Positions 1 to 11,447 of a stretch of DNA of 32,828 nt are shown one piece after another. The translations under genes and the position numbers were made by a program. The DNA comes from Priapulus caudatus (taxonomy: Eukaryota), in the NCBI RefSeq assembly GCF_000485595.1, contig NW_014577085.1, positions 495,963 through 528,790 of the forward strand, given 5' to 3'. Each line of letters starts with the position of its first letter. Positions within the stretch are counted from its first letter, which is position 1. The notes under the pieces were generated by a model. The model saw only the letters and a program-made list of their open reading frames with translations, made no database searches and had not been told where the DNA came from.

Positions 1-480
1 GGATGATTCTTATTTTATTATAGTCTGATAATTATTAGTTTCTTATTATGTATATTGCTTTAGATCTACTTTAAATTTGAAACTATAGTTTTGCCCCATC
101 TGAATGTGATAAATATTTACACGAACTGTTGAATCTGGTGTTAAGACGTGGGATCAAAAAGGCGTCAAAATTTAAATATCAATCAAAATGTGAGGAACGG
201 GTTCAGGATAGTCTATACTCGTTGCCGTGAGTTTCGGCTAGTTAACCAGTAAAACCGTCGACTGGTTTGGTGAGGCGTAGGGTAGTGTTGCATGGCGCGG
301 TGCCCATGGTAGCCTGATGTGGTATGGCAAGGTGCGGTGTCGTATAATGTCCTGTAGTATAGCATGGCTGTATATCTTCTGTAAAACTAAAAGCTCAACC
401 ATTCCGCTTCGTACGGTTAGTTCTAACTGTATCTATCTATATACCCCTTGGTAGAGGATTAAGTGGCTAGTTTCGCTTAC

Positions 481-739
481 CGCTCTTGCTTGAGTGGGAA
501 TCGGTGGGTAGAACCAAGCTCTGCAACGCTCCGCAGTACTTGCCGTTGCTCCCCGGGCTGAGAGCATCCAGGTTGAGCGTGGAGCTGAAAGCGCTTAGGT
601 TGCTCATTGACTCCATGATTCGTCTCCGATCTTCCGGCGTCAGTGAGTCCTGCATGGGGGGTTTGGTGTCTTCGCTACCCTTGGTGAAGGGCGTGTGCCG
701 CAGCACAAAGCCGCGCAGGTTGTCCAGATACTGCGACAT
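481..739 (-). CDS. Probable first coding exon of an unidentified gene (MSQYLDNLRGFVLRHTPFTKGSEDTKPPMQDSLTPEDRRRIMESMSNLS...DSHSSKS); the gene would continue toward and past the left edge
   Basis: ATG at 739 is in a Kozak-like context (GCACCATG) with an in-frame TGA upstream at 799-797. Third codon positions are strongly G/C (CTG GAC AAC CTG CGC GGC...) against an AT-rich flank. A GTAAGC donor follows immediately after 481. No protein family recognised. Confidence 0.65.
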
Positions 740-1390
740 GGTGCGCGTCCACGTCAATCTCCCCGCTGATGGAATTTCCTTCCTCCCAGCTAGATGTCAC
801 TGAACAGGTTCCGTATCCCTAACACGATCGCGTCTCTCTCGATATGATAAGCACTATTCACTCGCGTGCAAAAGATCTTTTACGGGACGTTGATCAGATG
901 TAATGTGTTGTGAGATTTTCATCGTGTCTCTTTCGGCGAGCCTGAGGGACGGAGTGGCGTTACTGCGCGCATCGCACACGAAATGTGACACCTGGCACAC
1001 TCTCCATCTCGTTCCCAACTATGACAGTCCCGCCTACTATCGCGTTGTCACTTTAACTGCACCGATTATAGGATAATGATCATTGGGCAATTGGAACGAT
1101 TAGCTCACTTTCGCCGTATTGTTGAATTTACGGGCATTCTCTCTGGGTCACTAAGATCCCACGCTAGCACGGTCGCAATTAACTCTGCTTTCTTAACGTG
1201 TGTCTTGAGGGGGAAACTCGCAGGCGATAAATATACCATGCGTGTCAGATTTCCATTCTAACGCAATCACGCTCTGCTATGGTATAGCAATCGTGTGTAC
1301 ACTATACGCACAGGTAGCTCCTTTCTCGTGCGATTAGAATGCGAAATAACGCTCGTGCTGATCGCTGAAAATCACACAGTTTCTTTGACC

Positions 1391-1589
1391 TGCTGCTAGT
1401 ACTACTACTAACACTGCTGCTGCTGCTGCTGCTAGTGGTGGTGGTGGTGGTGGTGGTGCTGCAGTTGCTGCTAGTGGTGGCGGTGGTGCTGCAGTTGCTG
1501 CTAGTGGTGGCGGTGGTGCTGCAGTTGCTGCTAGTGGTGGCGGTGGTGCTGCAGTTGCTGCTTCTGGTGGTGATGTCGGTGGTGGTGCT
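1391..1589. repeat. Compound triplet repeat, (CTG)n then (GTG)n, grading into about 4 copies of a 30-bp unit GGTGGTGCTGCAGTTGCTGCTAGTGGTGGC
   Basis: Unit starts read directly at 1452, 1482, 1512 and 1542 (last copy is a variant). Confidence 0.9.
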
Positions 1590-3550
1590 TTCCTCCCCCA
1601 CCAGTACGCGGCATGCGTGCCAGGTGTAGTGTACAAATATCCACAGTTCTTCTCTGCACCTTGCACATGCAACTGTCCACGATCTCCTCTCGACATTCCA
1701 TTCCTCTCCTAGCCGTTAATCAGCCTAGGAGGCGGAGATACGCTGAAATCTTCACCCGGCGACTTTCTATGTGTAAAAACTCCGATTCACTTAAATAACA
1801 GAAACATTTTCGCGGGGAAACACTAGCAGGCGTCCCGGAAGCACTGTCACTGGTGAAGGTAGGAGGAGGTGTTTTTTATGGCTGCCGACCGCGCTGGGAT
1901 CTGCCCGCAGAGCTTCGTCCTCCCTGAACGCTCTCGATGGTGGTCGTGGTGAGCGAGTGCTGCGCTCAACCAGCAAGTGTTGCTTAGCACAGTGCACACG
2001 CCACTCGTTAGAGCTGTGCTCCAGTTGCCACGCCGAGCCGTACGTATACGTGGCTGCCGTGTTCCACACCGGTGGCCAAGCGGCGCGCACGCCGCATGTG
2101 CCTTGTACGCCCAGTCCCGTTACGCGGTTACACGGGCAACCTGCGCGAAAACTCGCGCTCACACTTGTGCGCTTTGTGGCGGCGTGCCTTCAAATAGCAA
2201 CTGGATTATAGTCACCCTGCTTTTGACTAGCCGACACACCGCCCAATGCCCACCGCCCACCGCCCACCGCATACATGATCTGTCTCGGCGGGATGGCTTA
2301 GAGTTTTTTTTTAAACGAATTCGATAGTCATTGTTTTTCTATTCGCGCTTCTGCTCACCCCGGGGCACCACGCGTGGAGACCATGCTCTCTATGACCCTG
2401 TGGATGAGTATGGGCGACATAGATGTCTTTCGCGAGGTTTAATTGTAAGTATTTTTTTCTGTACGACGACGAAAACAAGATGGGTGGGCATGTATCGAAT
2501 TCGTTACAAACCGAACTGCAAGTTTACAGACGCGTGTGCTTAGAGCTACGCGGGTTTCCCGTGTAATTTCACAGGTAACCAAATATTATTCGATGAGGGC
2601 TTAATATACCCTTTGTGTGATGAAGATGGGGACTAACAGTCATTTCAGTCTAGTTATTTTGATGTTTATTGTTGATTGTTGTTTAGTAACTCTTTATTCC
2701 CGCGCAGTGAAAAGCTCAAATAAATGTCACCTACAGAATCGCATAGACTAACGCACTAACAAGAGGGCAATTCGTCACTTGCACTTGCCGTGTACTACGC
2801 AGTGTACGCAGACGACATCCACACAACAGGCGCAAGTGTAGTCGATTTAAGGCGGTAAAATGTGAAATATTATCTGTATTCAACCCGACGGATCCAGTCA
2901 TTTGTCAAGTTAATGGTAAGCTGTGGGTGTGGGGCTATGCCCTTGAATGCTCACGCATCAGTGTTTAGCCATGCATGTAGGGGAGCTGAGATCGTTTGGC
3001 ACGAGCAGCGATCCAAGTATTACAGTTACCGCCAAACTGCTATAGTCTGAGTAAATAGTGTCACATTTTTCGTACTTTCTGTGAGCGTTTGTCACGGAAG
3101 TTGGGCGCCATATTTTTTAGACGTTTACCATCGCGTTTATAACCTTAGTTAGGTTATATTTGGAAGAGGAAGCAAGAGAGAGAGAGAGAGAGAGCGAGTA
3201 AGAAGTGGCTGAATATTATATTATGCAAACAAGATCAATTTAATCTTGTTAAATGTATTATACTGGATCAGAGAATTCTCGTCGTAACTAATCCGTTCTC
3301 ACTGAGACTACATAATAATTGTATATTAGTAAGCTCTTTATAGTAGGATTAAAACATACATCACGTAACCCATATAACGTAGGCCACTCCTACGCTTTGT
3401 TAAATCATGTTGTTCATGAAGTTAGGTTGTTATTTTTGACAGATCTTCAGAGTCGAGTGATACCTTATTGTCGTTGCTGCCGTCATCAACGTTATTGTCT
3501 TGGTGTGATTGTTATATTATCTTGAGACGGAGAGCCTGTAATATTATTAT

Positions 3551-3590
3551 CAGAAGTAGATAATAGGGAATTACATATTATCTACTTCTG
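3551..3590. mobile_element. 40-bp micro-MITE (TIR-only element) with an 8-bp TSD; P- or hAT-like
   Basis: Perfect 15-bp TIRs CAGAAGTAGATAATA (3551-3565) and TATTATCTACTTCTG (3576-3590) with a 10-nt spacer. Direct repeat ATTATTAT flanks both sides (3543-3550, 3591-3598). Confidence 0.7.
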
Positions 3591-4144
3591 ATTATTATGT
3601 ATTATGCATTAGTATTATATGCATTAGGTGATCATACCTAACAGCTGCCGTTTACTCTCGTACGTGCTAGTCGTCGTGAGCGAATTCCTTCACACTTAGG
3701 CGCGAACGCGGGCGTGTTCACAGCCGTATGTCATGTACGTCCTGCGCCGCCTTCTTCTTTACCTGTCGACGTGAAATACGCTCGTGGGTCAATACGCATT
3801 TTTGTTTACCAACGGTGATCAAATGAATGGGGGTGGGTGATGGTTAAGAGCTACGCTACCCTTGGCTCATCCACTTGCGCCGCTGCCATGACCAGCAGGC
3901 ATGCATACGTTTAACCTCCTCACGGTGGGCCAGCGTGAGACAGCCTCTGTGTTCCAGCTCAGTAAAGATAGCGGCGTCCGTTGTCTTTTTTTAGCGCGCT
4001 AACACATGATTGAGAAATCCCTAAAAAATTCATGTGCTGCAATAAATTGGTTGCCCCCCATAGGTAAACCATCAGCATGCGCTGGTAATGTACCGAAATT
4101 ATTGGGCTAGTTTTCATAATTAATTTATATTTCAAAAGTCTGCC

Positions 4145-4213
4145 ATATATATATATATATGTGATATATATATATATATATAAATGATATATATATATAT
4201 AATATATATATAT
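4145..4213. repeat. Interrupted (TA)n microsatellite
   Basis: Seen directly. Confidence 0.9.
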
Positions 4214-5065
4214 TCATATTAGCTCTTGATATATATGAATATCGAGGAAGTGAGAGGTAGTAGTAAACTTGACATAAGAGATGGATACCCAAATTTAATA
4301 AAGATTACGTTTGAATGAAACCACAGTCACCAACACCGCCCCACTAACAATCAAATCAAAATTAACTGTGAAATGCGCAAGAAAAAAATCCATTATGCTA
4401 ATGCTCTTGTAAAAATCTAGTAAGACGACACTGATCATGACAGAGCAGACATGTCAGCGTATAAGTGAACACTAGGAAGTGTGTCTGCCTTCATCTGTGT
4501 GCTAGATCAGGTAAGATTAGGCTGAAATGCTTAGACGCTTTTTAACACCTCTCCTATAAAGAACGTGGCGCCGTCTCAGAACCGATCCGCACGCGCGAGC
4601 TATTGATAGCAAAGCGACAGAAATGAAACGAAGGGGGACAACATGGCAATAAAAGAGTCGAGCACGGACGCTGGAAGAAGGGGCGGTTGCAATATGAGAA
4701 GATATTAGGAGGATGCAAGCCGTGGCTACTGGACAAACTGTAGTGACATATGACAGGTTAGCACTTCCTCGTTGATAAGACATCCATTCAGTGACTGCTC
4801 GATACATGTGTATACGGCTGCAGCGATAGCCGGATTAGGCCCTAGGCGGCCAGAGGTGAGCTCCCGCGATTATGTGCCCTCTCTAATCCTCTTAAGGTGG
4901 CCACGTTGCTCGGAGGGATGGCTGGCTGGCTGGTAGAGTCAGTGGTTGGTTGGCTGGCCGCGTGGGTGCTAGCACTGTGACATTAACCGCGGCTGCCCCA
5001 CTCGGCGCGCTGGCACGCTCGGTTTGGTTATCTCCGTCGCGCGGGTGTCGTACTTCTATCGGTTA

Positions 5066-5179
5066 TCAGTGCGCGCGATCGGCCACTACTGTTACACTGC
5101 TCACAGTGTTACTGGAGTAAACAGTAGTCGACCACGATCTTGAGGCGCCGTTTTTTAGCTACTACTAAGGGGAGTGAGT
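5066..5179 (+). promoter_or_regulatory. Candidate initiator plus short non-coding first exon (about 5068-5173)
   Basis: A CpG-rich stretch (about 4820-5220) contains TCAGT, an Inr-like motif, at 5066-5070 and a GTGAGT donor at 5174-5179. Motif-level evidence only. Confidence 0.3.
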
Positions 5180-5349
5180 GAATCCGTGGTGTGTAGGCCT
5201 ACCCCCCCCCCCATTCGCGGGTTGTGCCATACTCTGTCTTTCTCTCACCTTGGCTCATCAATGGAATGAGTTATAATGAACATGATCCGCGGATCCATGC
5301 AAAATGCATCGCTCCTTCGTTGTCAGCCAACTCTATCTATCCCACTGTT

Positions 5350-5760
5350 TTTGTTATACGCCCAATATTAAGGATTCGTGTTATAGCAAACAGGTTCTTA
5401 TATAAAAAAAATACCGAAAATTAGAGCAAACGGGGGCAATCCAAGTATGTGTGCTACACAATTGGAAACTGTCTTCTATTAGTCAAATCAATTTTCACAG
5501 CATTTGACCTTTCATTGTGTTTAATATGATAAGTAAATTAAAGGTGATAAATAAATTAACTCAAATGAATTTAAACAGACATATAATTTCTAATATTAAG
5601 CAGTTGGCCAATTTTACCTAGATAATGTACACAATATCTCCCCCCCCCAAATAATTTAAGAACCTTTTCAGGCTGATTTCTCACTATGTACCATATATAT
5701 AAAAACCTCTTCAGCCTGAAACAGAAAATCACGGGTTCTTTTATGCGGGTGTTTACTGTA
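5350..5760. mobile_element. Possible truncated pogo/Tigger-like (Tc1/mariner) non-autonomous element; only one terminus seen
   Basis: The right end reads TA|CAGTAAACACCCGCATAAAAGAACC on the - strand (CAGT terminus plus TA), with recurring GGTTCTT/AAGAACC motifs internally. No partner TIR found, so the left boundary is approximate. Confidence 0.35.
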
Positions 5761-6152
5761 TCGGAGGAAGTACGGAATTGCGGCACAAATCTGAACGGCT
5801 CGACCTATGCTCTTAATATTCGGTGTATAGTGTGATGGGCAGGAAACCCATCACCAGTGCGAAATTGGAGGTCACAGGTCAAAGGGCGGTGGGGGAAAGG
5901 TCAGATATCAGAAATTTTTTGAGTACATGGCCTAATGGACAGAGTGGAAAACTTTTTTGTTTTAGCGCGGACCTACCATTTTTATCACTTTATTGAAAGG
6001 ACCATGAAATGTGCTTTTCACTGACGTGCGAAGAGTAAGTGTCTGATAACCTTTTGACCCTCAAGAGGAGGGTTAAACATGGATTCCTGAACTGCCTCGA
6101 TGATGTCAGTGTTCTCATATTCATGGCACATCCATAATATAGAAAGCCAATA

Positions 6153-6220
6153 AGCCTGGAAAGCCGAACGGGTACAGCACAGGCGTAAAGGCTAAAAGGT
6201 CCTTGGATCGAATCCCATCC
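6153..6220 (+). other. Degenerate tRNA-derived segment (SINE head or tRNA pseudogene)
   Basis: A-box-like AAGCCGAACGG (6161-6171) and B-box-like GGATCGAATCC (6205-6215) at tRNA-like spacing. No intact acceptor stem. Confidence 0.35.
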
Positions 6221-6573
6221 GATTTTTTATTATTTACCTGTTTTCTGTATTTTTCTATCTTCATCCATTTAACTATTTTCTCCAATTAACGCAAATATTT
6301 ACATGATTTATTTACAACAATTTAATAACAACAAATAATTTTTACAACAATTAATAAGTATTTTTTAATAGGGTTAGGGCTAGGGTCACAATGCACCATA
6401 AATCAGGAGTTTTAGGCACGCGATGTGTATCAACCAATAGGAGTTGGGAGGTATGCAGAATACAGATGGTTGCTGAAATGATGTGTACGCAACTGCGTAT
6501 CTGCATATCTGCGCCTAACAAAGGTGTCACTACGCACGACTTAAATGTTACGTTTATAACTGTAGCAACAGAT

Positions 6574-6607
6574 CTCAGATGAGCGCAGACGCTCTGCGGC
6601 TCTTGTT
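6574..6607 (+). mobile_element. 3' terminus of a Helentron-associated (HINE/DINE-1-like) element; the body may extend up to about 5830
   Basis: CTCAGATGAGCG subterminal motif, hairpin CGCAGA-CGC-TCTGCG (6584-6598), then GCTCTTGTT. AGATGAGC also occurs in the 5' hairpin of the element at 32187. Confidence 0.5.
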
Positions 6608-7952
6608 AGTATGTGCGATGGCATGGAGTGTACACTCCTGATTCTACACGCTTATAAAGGCAAATTACCCATGACGCAAACTGTAGTGAATATACGGCCA
6701 TGGAGTACACCATATGAAGGGTGCGAAATACGTCGGGCCAATATTTTAGAGCAACACTAACAACATGGCACTAACAATAATATGATTCAAATGATGGCAT
6801 TGGCGACGGTGACAGCGACGACGATGGTGACCGTGGCATGTCGCGCCCCAACTAGCAGTCCGTCACACGAGTGACGTCATGCCCTTCTGCGTGACAGTAG
6901 TAGCGACTCGTTGTTAGGCTAGGTTTTGTATTGCTAGTGACATACCGCTGAATGTATTGATGCGCGTATTCTGTTACTAATAACCAACTGAGGCGCACAA
7001 AGTAAAATTTCTAGCGATGATAGATGAATGGATGCCTGATACTGACAGGGAGGTGGATTTTTTTTTAAATTATACTTTTAAATTAGGATGTGCGTTTTCA
7101 CGAAATTTTACGTTGCACCTGCGAGTGCGTAGTCGACAAAGCATTCTGATTGAGGAGTGTCACCAAATTGTCTTTTCAGGATGAATATGTAAAAAACGAA
7201 ATTCTATAGATGAACACTATAGATGAAGTTCGAGTGTCTGTAATTCCTTGTTGTGTGTAGCTTGGGGAACAGACTGCCACAGCAGGTGTCCGTAAAACCA
7301 GTGCCAGCTTAGTGGATAGTACGGAATTCATGCGCAGACCCTTCACAACATACACTAAGCCAGATTGCACATTGAATTTTTTTCAAATGCAACAACTGAT
7401 TTCCCGATAATAAAAATACTTGATTTTTTGTGTGGATATAAACCGGTAGTTTTTTTAAACAATGCATTCCACGCGACGTGAGAGCGTCGTAGTGGGTTGG
7501 CCCTTCCAAACGCATGAACGTCATCTGGGGACTCTTTCTTATGAAGTATGTCATCACTGAGAGCATCTGTTTCCTGAAACAATTTCTAACGTTTACATGG
7601 CACGCGTACAGCTGTACATGTACTGATATTCTGTTTATGACATTACTTCCTTGGCTTTGCATTTATACCTAGTTGCTACACGATAAAATGGGTACTTGAT
7701 TACCATCAGGTATCGTCCCTGGGCAACGGTCAGTTAGGCTGCTGGCATGCAGGTCATATTTATCGAAATTTGTTGTTGTTCATGCGATGCAAGCATCCAG
7801 TGGCATGTTCAATGGCGCACAAGGATGAGGAGGCTCAATGTTTTGAGGTCATATGATTCACAAAGGTACTATAATGTCTCACTATTATTCTCCGCTCACA
7901 GTTTCCGCTGAAAGTCTCGTTTTGTTAAACTGAACTAACGGACGCGAGGTAG

Positions 7953-8224
<272 letters not shown>

Positions 8225-8962
8225 GAAGAGTATATGAGAGTGAAAATGTGGGCAAGAGACGGCGAGAGCTAGACGGGTGGGAGAAGAGAAGAGGGGAATT
8301 GACAGTGGGAGAGACCCCATCTCCCCGTATTCTCCTTCTGGTCAGCGTTTCACGAGGTTCCGTTCGCTAAATTCTCTCCGGAATTCTCGAATGTTATTTC
8401 CTAAATAGAAGAATACTCTCAGTAGAGAGGGAGGGCTCGTAAAAATAAACTTTGATATAGAGAAGGTGAGCTGGCGTCTGAGGTCGGAGCATGGTGGTGA
8501 CGCAGGCAATGCTATTATTCTGCAGTGGGCCACCCAACCTTGGCCCCGACGTTGTCAATACCACTTACAGTTTGCGCAGTGTGTGCTAATATTTTACTGA
8601 CATATTTTGCTGAAAAGAATCTTCTGTTGGGGAGTGAATTCAGCTGAGGCGGTTCGCGCGCTGTTTGACCTAGCTCCACCATCAGTCTGTCACAAGTCAG
8701 GATATCCTGATACAGACACCCAGTAATTAACTCTGGCTTACATGAGTTACCCAGTATGAGATCGATCTAACCCTGCTGGTTGTTTGTGGAAACTGATTTG
8801 AATGTTAACATTGAGTTACCTCAACTGTAACACAGCATGCGTTGATATTATACGATTAGGAATTGCTTGAGAAATATATTGCTTGCTGAAAATTGATATA
8901 TTCTATACAATAATGAAGTACTCATGTGCGTGATTATGACGCACGCACGCGCTCAGATGGCC

Positions 8963-9124
8963 GGACAGACAGACAGACACACAGACGAACAGACAGACAG
9001 GTAGACAGACGGACGGACGGACGGATGGACAGACAGACAGACAGGCATACCGACAGATGGACAGACATACAGACGGACGGACGGACGGACAGACAACCAG
9101 ACGAACAGACAATCAGACAGACAG
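8963..9124. repeat. Compound (GACA)n/(GACG)n tetranucleotide microsatellite
   Basis: Seen directly. Confidence 0.9.
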
Positions 9125-10913
9125 GCCTATATAATAATTATATATTTAAATAAATGAGTTTAGCTTTACACCCCATACGCGTATGTATCATGTAGGCATG
9201 TGTACGCAGTATGAGTTACTTACCTGCCACTAGGAATAATATTTCACTTCCAGTATGCATTTGGAATGCAAATATTTGCCACAGCCATGCCCCGGACCGG
9301 ATGGCCTTGCAAGCTATTCTACACACCTGAAAGAAACGAGTGGAATGCGGACTGAATATGCAATTAACACCTTTCTCACAGTAGGTGAGCAACATAACAT
9401 AAGGGGCACACGCAGTAAATATTGATACAAGTTGTCGACATTTTTAGCGCTTGGCTACTCGTGTGTTCCCGCTATAGTTGATATTCTTGACTAGGATGCA
9501 AAGCCGTGGATTTTGGTAAAACTGTGGTACTATGAGATGTTGCTACTTGGGATCGTATTGCATCCTCCAATATATATGCTTGCAGTTACGCATGGATTCT
9601 TTTTAACATCCTTTCCTCTTGTTTGTTTTGCCTTTATGGCGTTTATAATGTGCGCGCGCATCACTCATGCCACTCCTGCACTTATATACTAGTGCGCAAA
9701 TAGCCGCACGCATGCGCGAACTCGCGCACGAATGCACGCACGCGCGCATAAAATCGCGGACGCGCACTGTAACAACGCGCGTAACGCGGCTGTACAAATA
9801 GGACCTATTACTCAGCGACCTTACACCAAGAGTCTCTATGTTGCTCTCTTGAAACTGACCCCTACGTTTTTAAGCTTTAATTATTCAAGGCGTAGCAGCA
9901 GATCACTATAGAGGCGCAGCATTGCCTAACCCGTCTCTTGTTTTCTCTCATGAGCAGTAGGCCTACCTATACCACTGTATCCCCCATCGCTACTAATAAA
10001 CGCAAACAATCGGAAATGTTCATCATTTTAATGGGTGAATTTAATTATCTTTGTCGTTTTCTAATCTAGTTACGTTTCGTTCTATCTACGCCACGTTTCT
10101 AATGATAATATACTGAGCTTGTCCTCATCACATCTCAAGGAGAGGTAATCTTTTAAATCCTTGTAAAACCACTGTGGTGGGTGGGGTTACTTTACGTTTT
10201 ATGCATTTGGACTTATATTAGATTAGACTTAGATTTCCGCTGTTAATAAAATAGCTCATGTCATTTAACAAATATAAATCTACAGCTGGAAACATTATAT
10301 CTTGTTATTTCGGTATGACGCATCCGTTCACTGTTGATCTTGTACATAACGCGTGCACTTGTTTTTCAGAGCACGCGCGCGTATTCACACAAGGTCATAC
10401 ACACCTGCAAGATTTTAAAATACGTCACGAATCTATACCCGTCTTTGCACTGTTCGATCGTTGATGTCAATTTCTTAAATTATCTGAAATTACAACGCAG
10501 ATCAGTCTTGTCTGTGTCCTGTACCGCGTATATAGAGTAGGCAGTATAAAACAATAGTTGTATGTCAATTAAATCGGAAGACGATTTAAGGAAAGCATAG
10601 TGTCAATTTTAGAGGATTATCGTTAATGATTGTTACTGATTTTGGGTTTGATGTAACCGAGGGGTTGAGCTGGATGTATGCTAATTTTACAAGGGCTAGC
10701 GCGTGACGGTTTTTTTCAGTTTCTTTTTGTTCATTTTGTTCCAATGGCGACATTAATTTATTTTCTGGCGAGTATGTAATGACATTAATTGAGTAATTGG
10801 TGTTTTGTTGAAATAAGGTATGAAAAAATGTTTGTAAATATAAACTTGTTTCTACGAGAAATGGTCTTCAATTTAGATACATTGTTCCATTCCCAAAACG
10901 TTCGACCACGTTA

Positions 10914-11202
10914 GGCGCGTTCACACACAAGAAAAACCGCGCTGCTCAGCCCGCTAATAGCGGAGATAATAGTGAGCTAATTGTGTCGTTGTTCACACAG
11001 GCGAATATCTCGCTAATCGCCGCGGTGCAAATAAGCGCGCTGATTCCAAATTAGTGCAGTCAGAAGTGTTCTTTGCAGGGCGCTATTTTGAGCGCGATTT
11101 AGTGAGCTAATTGCGTTCACACTTGTAAAAAGCTCAGTTTTTCGAGCGGGCTGCAAAAACCGGGTTTTGCAGCCCGCTATTTCGCGCCAGTGTGAACGCA
11201 CC
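10914..11202. mobile_element. MITE of about 290 bp with PIF/Harbinger-like termini
   Basis: TIRs GGCGCGTTCACAC and GTGTGAACGCACC (12/13 match), TA on both flanks. Internal repeats of TAGTGAGCTAATTG...GTTCACAC and an internal hairpin GCGGGCTGCAAAA...TTTTGCAGCCCGC. Superfamily is inferred. Confidence 0.75.
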
Positions 11203-11410
11203 TATTCTAATCAGATCTCCGACGAGCTTATATTGCTCTGTAACGTGGTCATATTCACCATGTCGCTGAAATCGCGTGTATAATGCATTTCATCATCACA
11301 GCTTTGTGGGAAAGACACGGTGATGACTAGTTGGATAGGAAGCAAACTCGATGGAAAAATATATAATTAATATCAGCTAATATTTTTATCTAAATCGAAT
11401 TTATTAATAT

Positions 11411-11447
11411 CAAGAGCTAATAATATAAGAGGTATTATTAGCTCTTG
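11411..11447. mobile_element. 37-bp micro-MITE (TIR-only element) with a 7-bp TSD; P-superfamily-like
   Basis: Perfect 15-bp TIRs CAAGAGCTAATAATA (11411-11425) and TATTATTAGCTCTTG (11433-11447) with a 7-nt spacer. Direct repeat TTAATAT at 11404-11410 and 11448-11454. Confidence 0.7.

Noticed and set aside
486..803. 105-aa plus-strand ORF
   Set aside because: It is the antisense shadow of the GC3-rich minus-strand exon. It starts at TTG and has no splice or Kozak support.
5095..5120. Iron-responsive element (CAGTGT loop)
   Set aside because: The five bases on either side (GCTCA / TACTG) do not form the required upper stem.
6153..6220. Functional tRNA gene
   Set aside because: A/B-box-like motifs are present, but I could not form acceptor or anticodon stems, so it is kept only as a tRNA-derived fragment.
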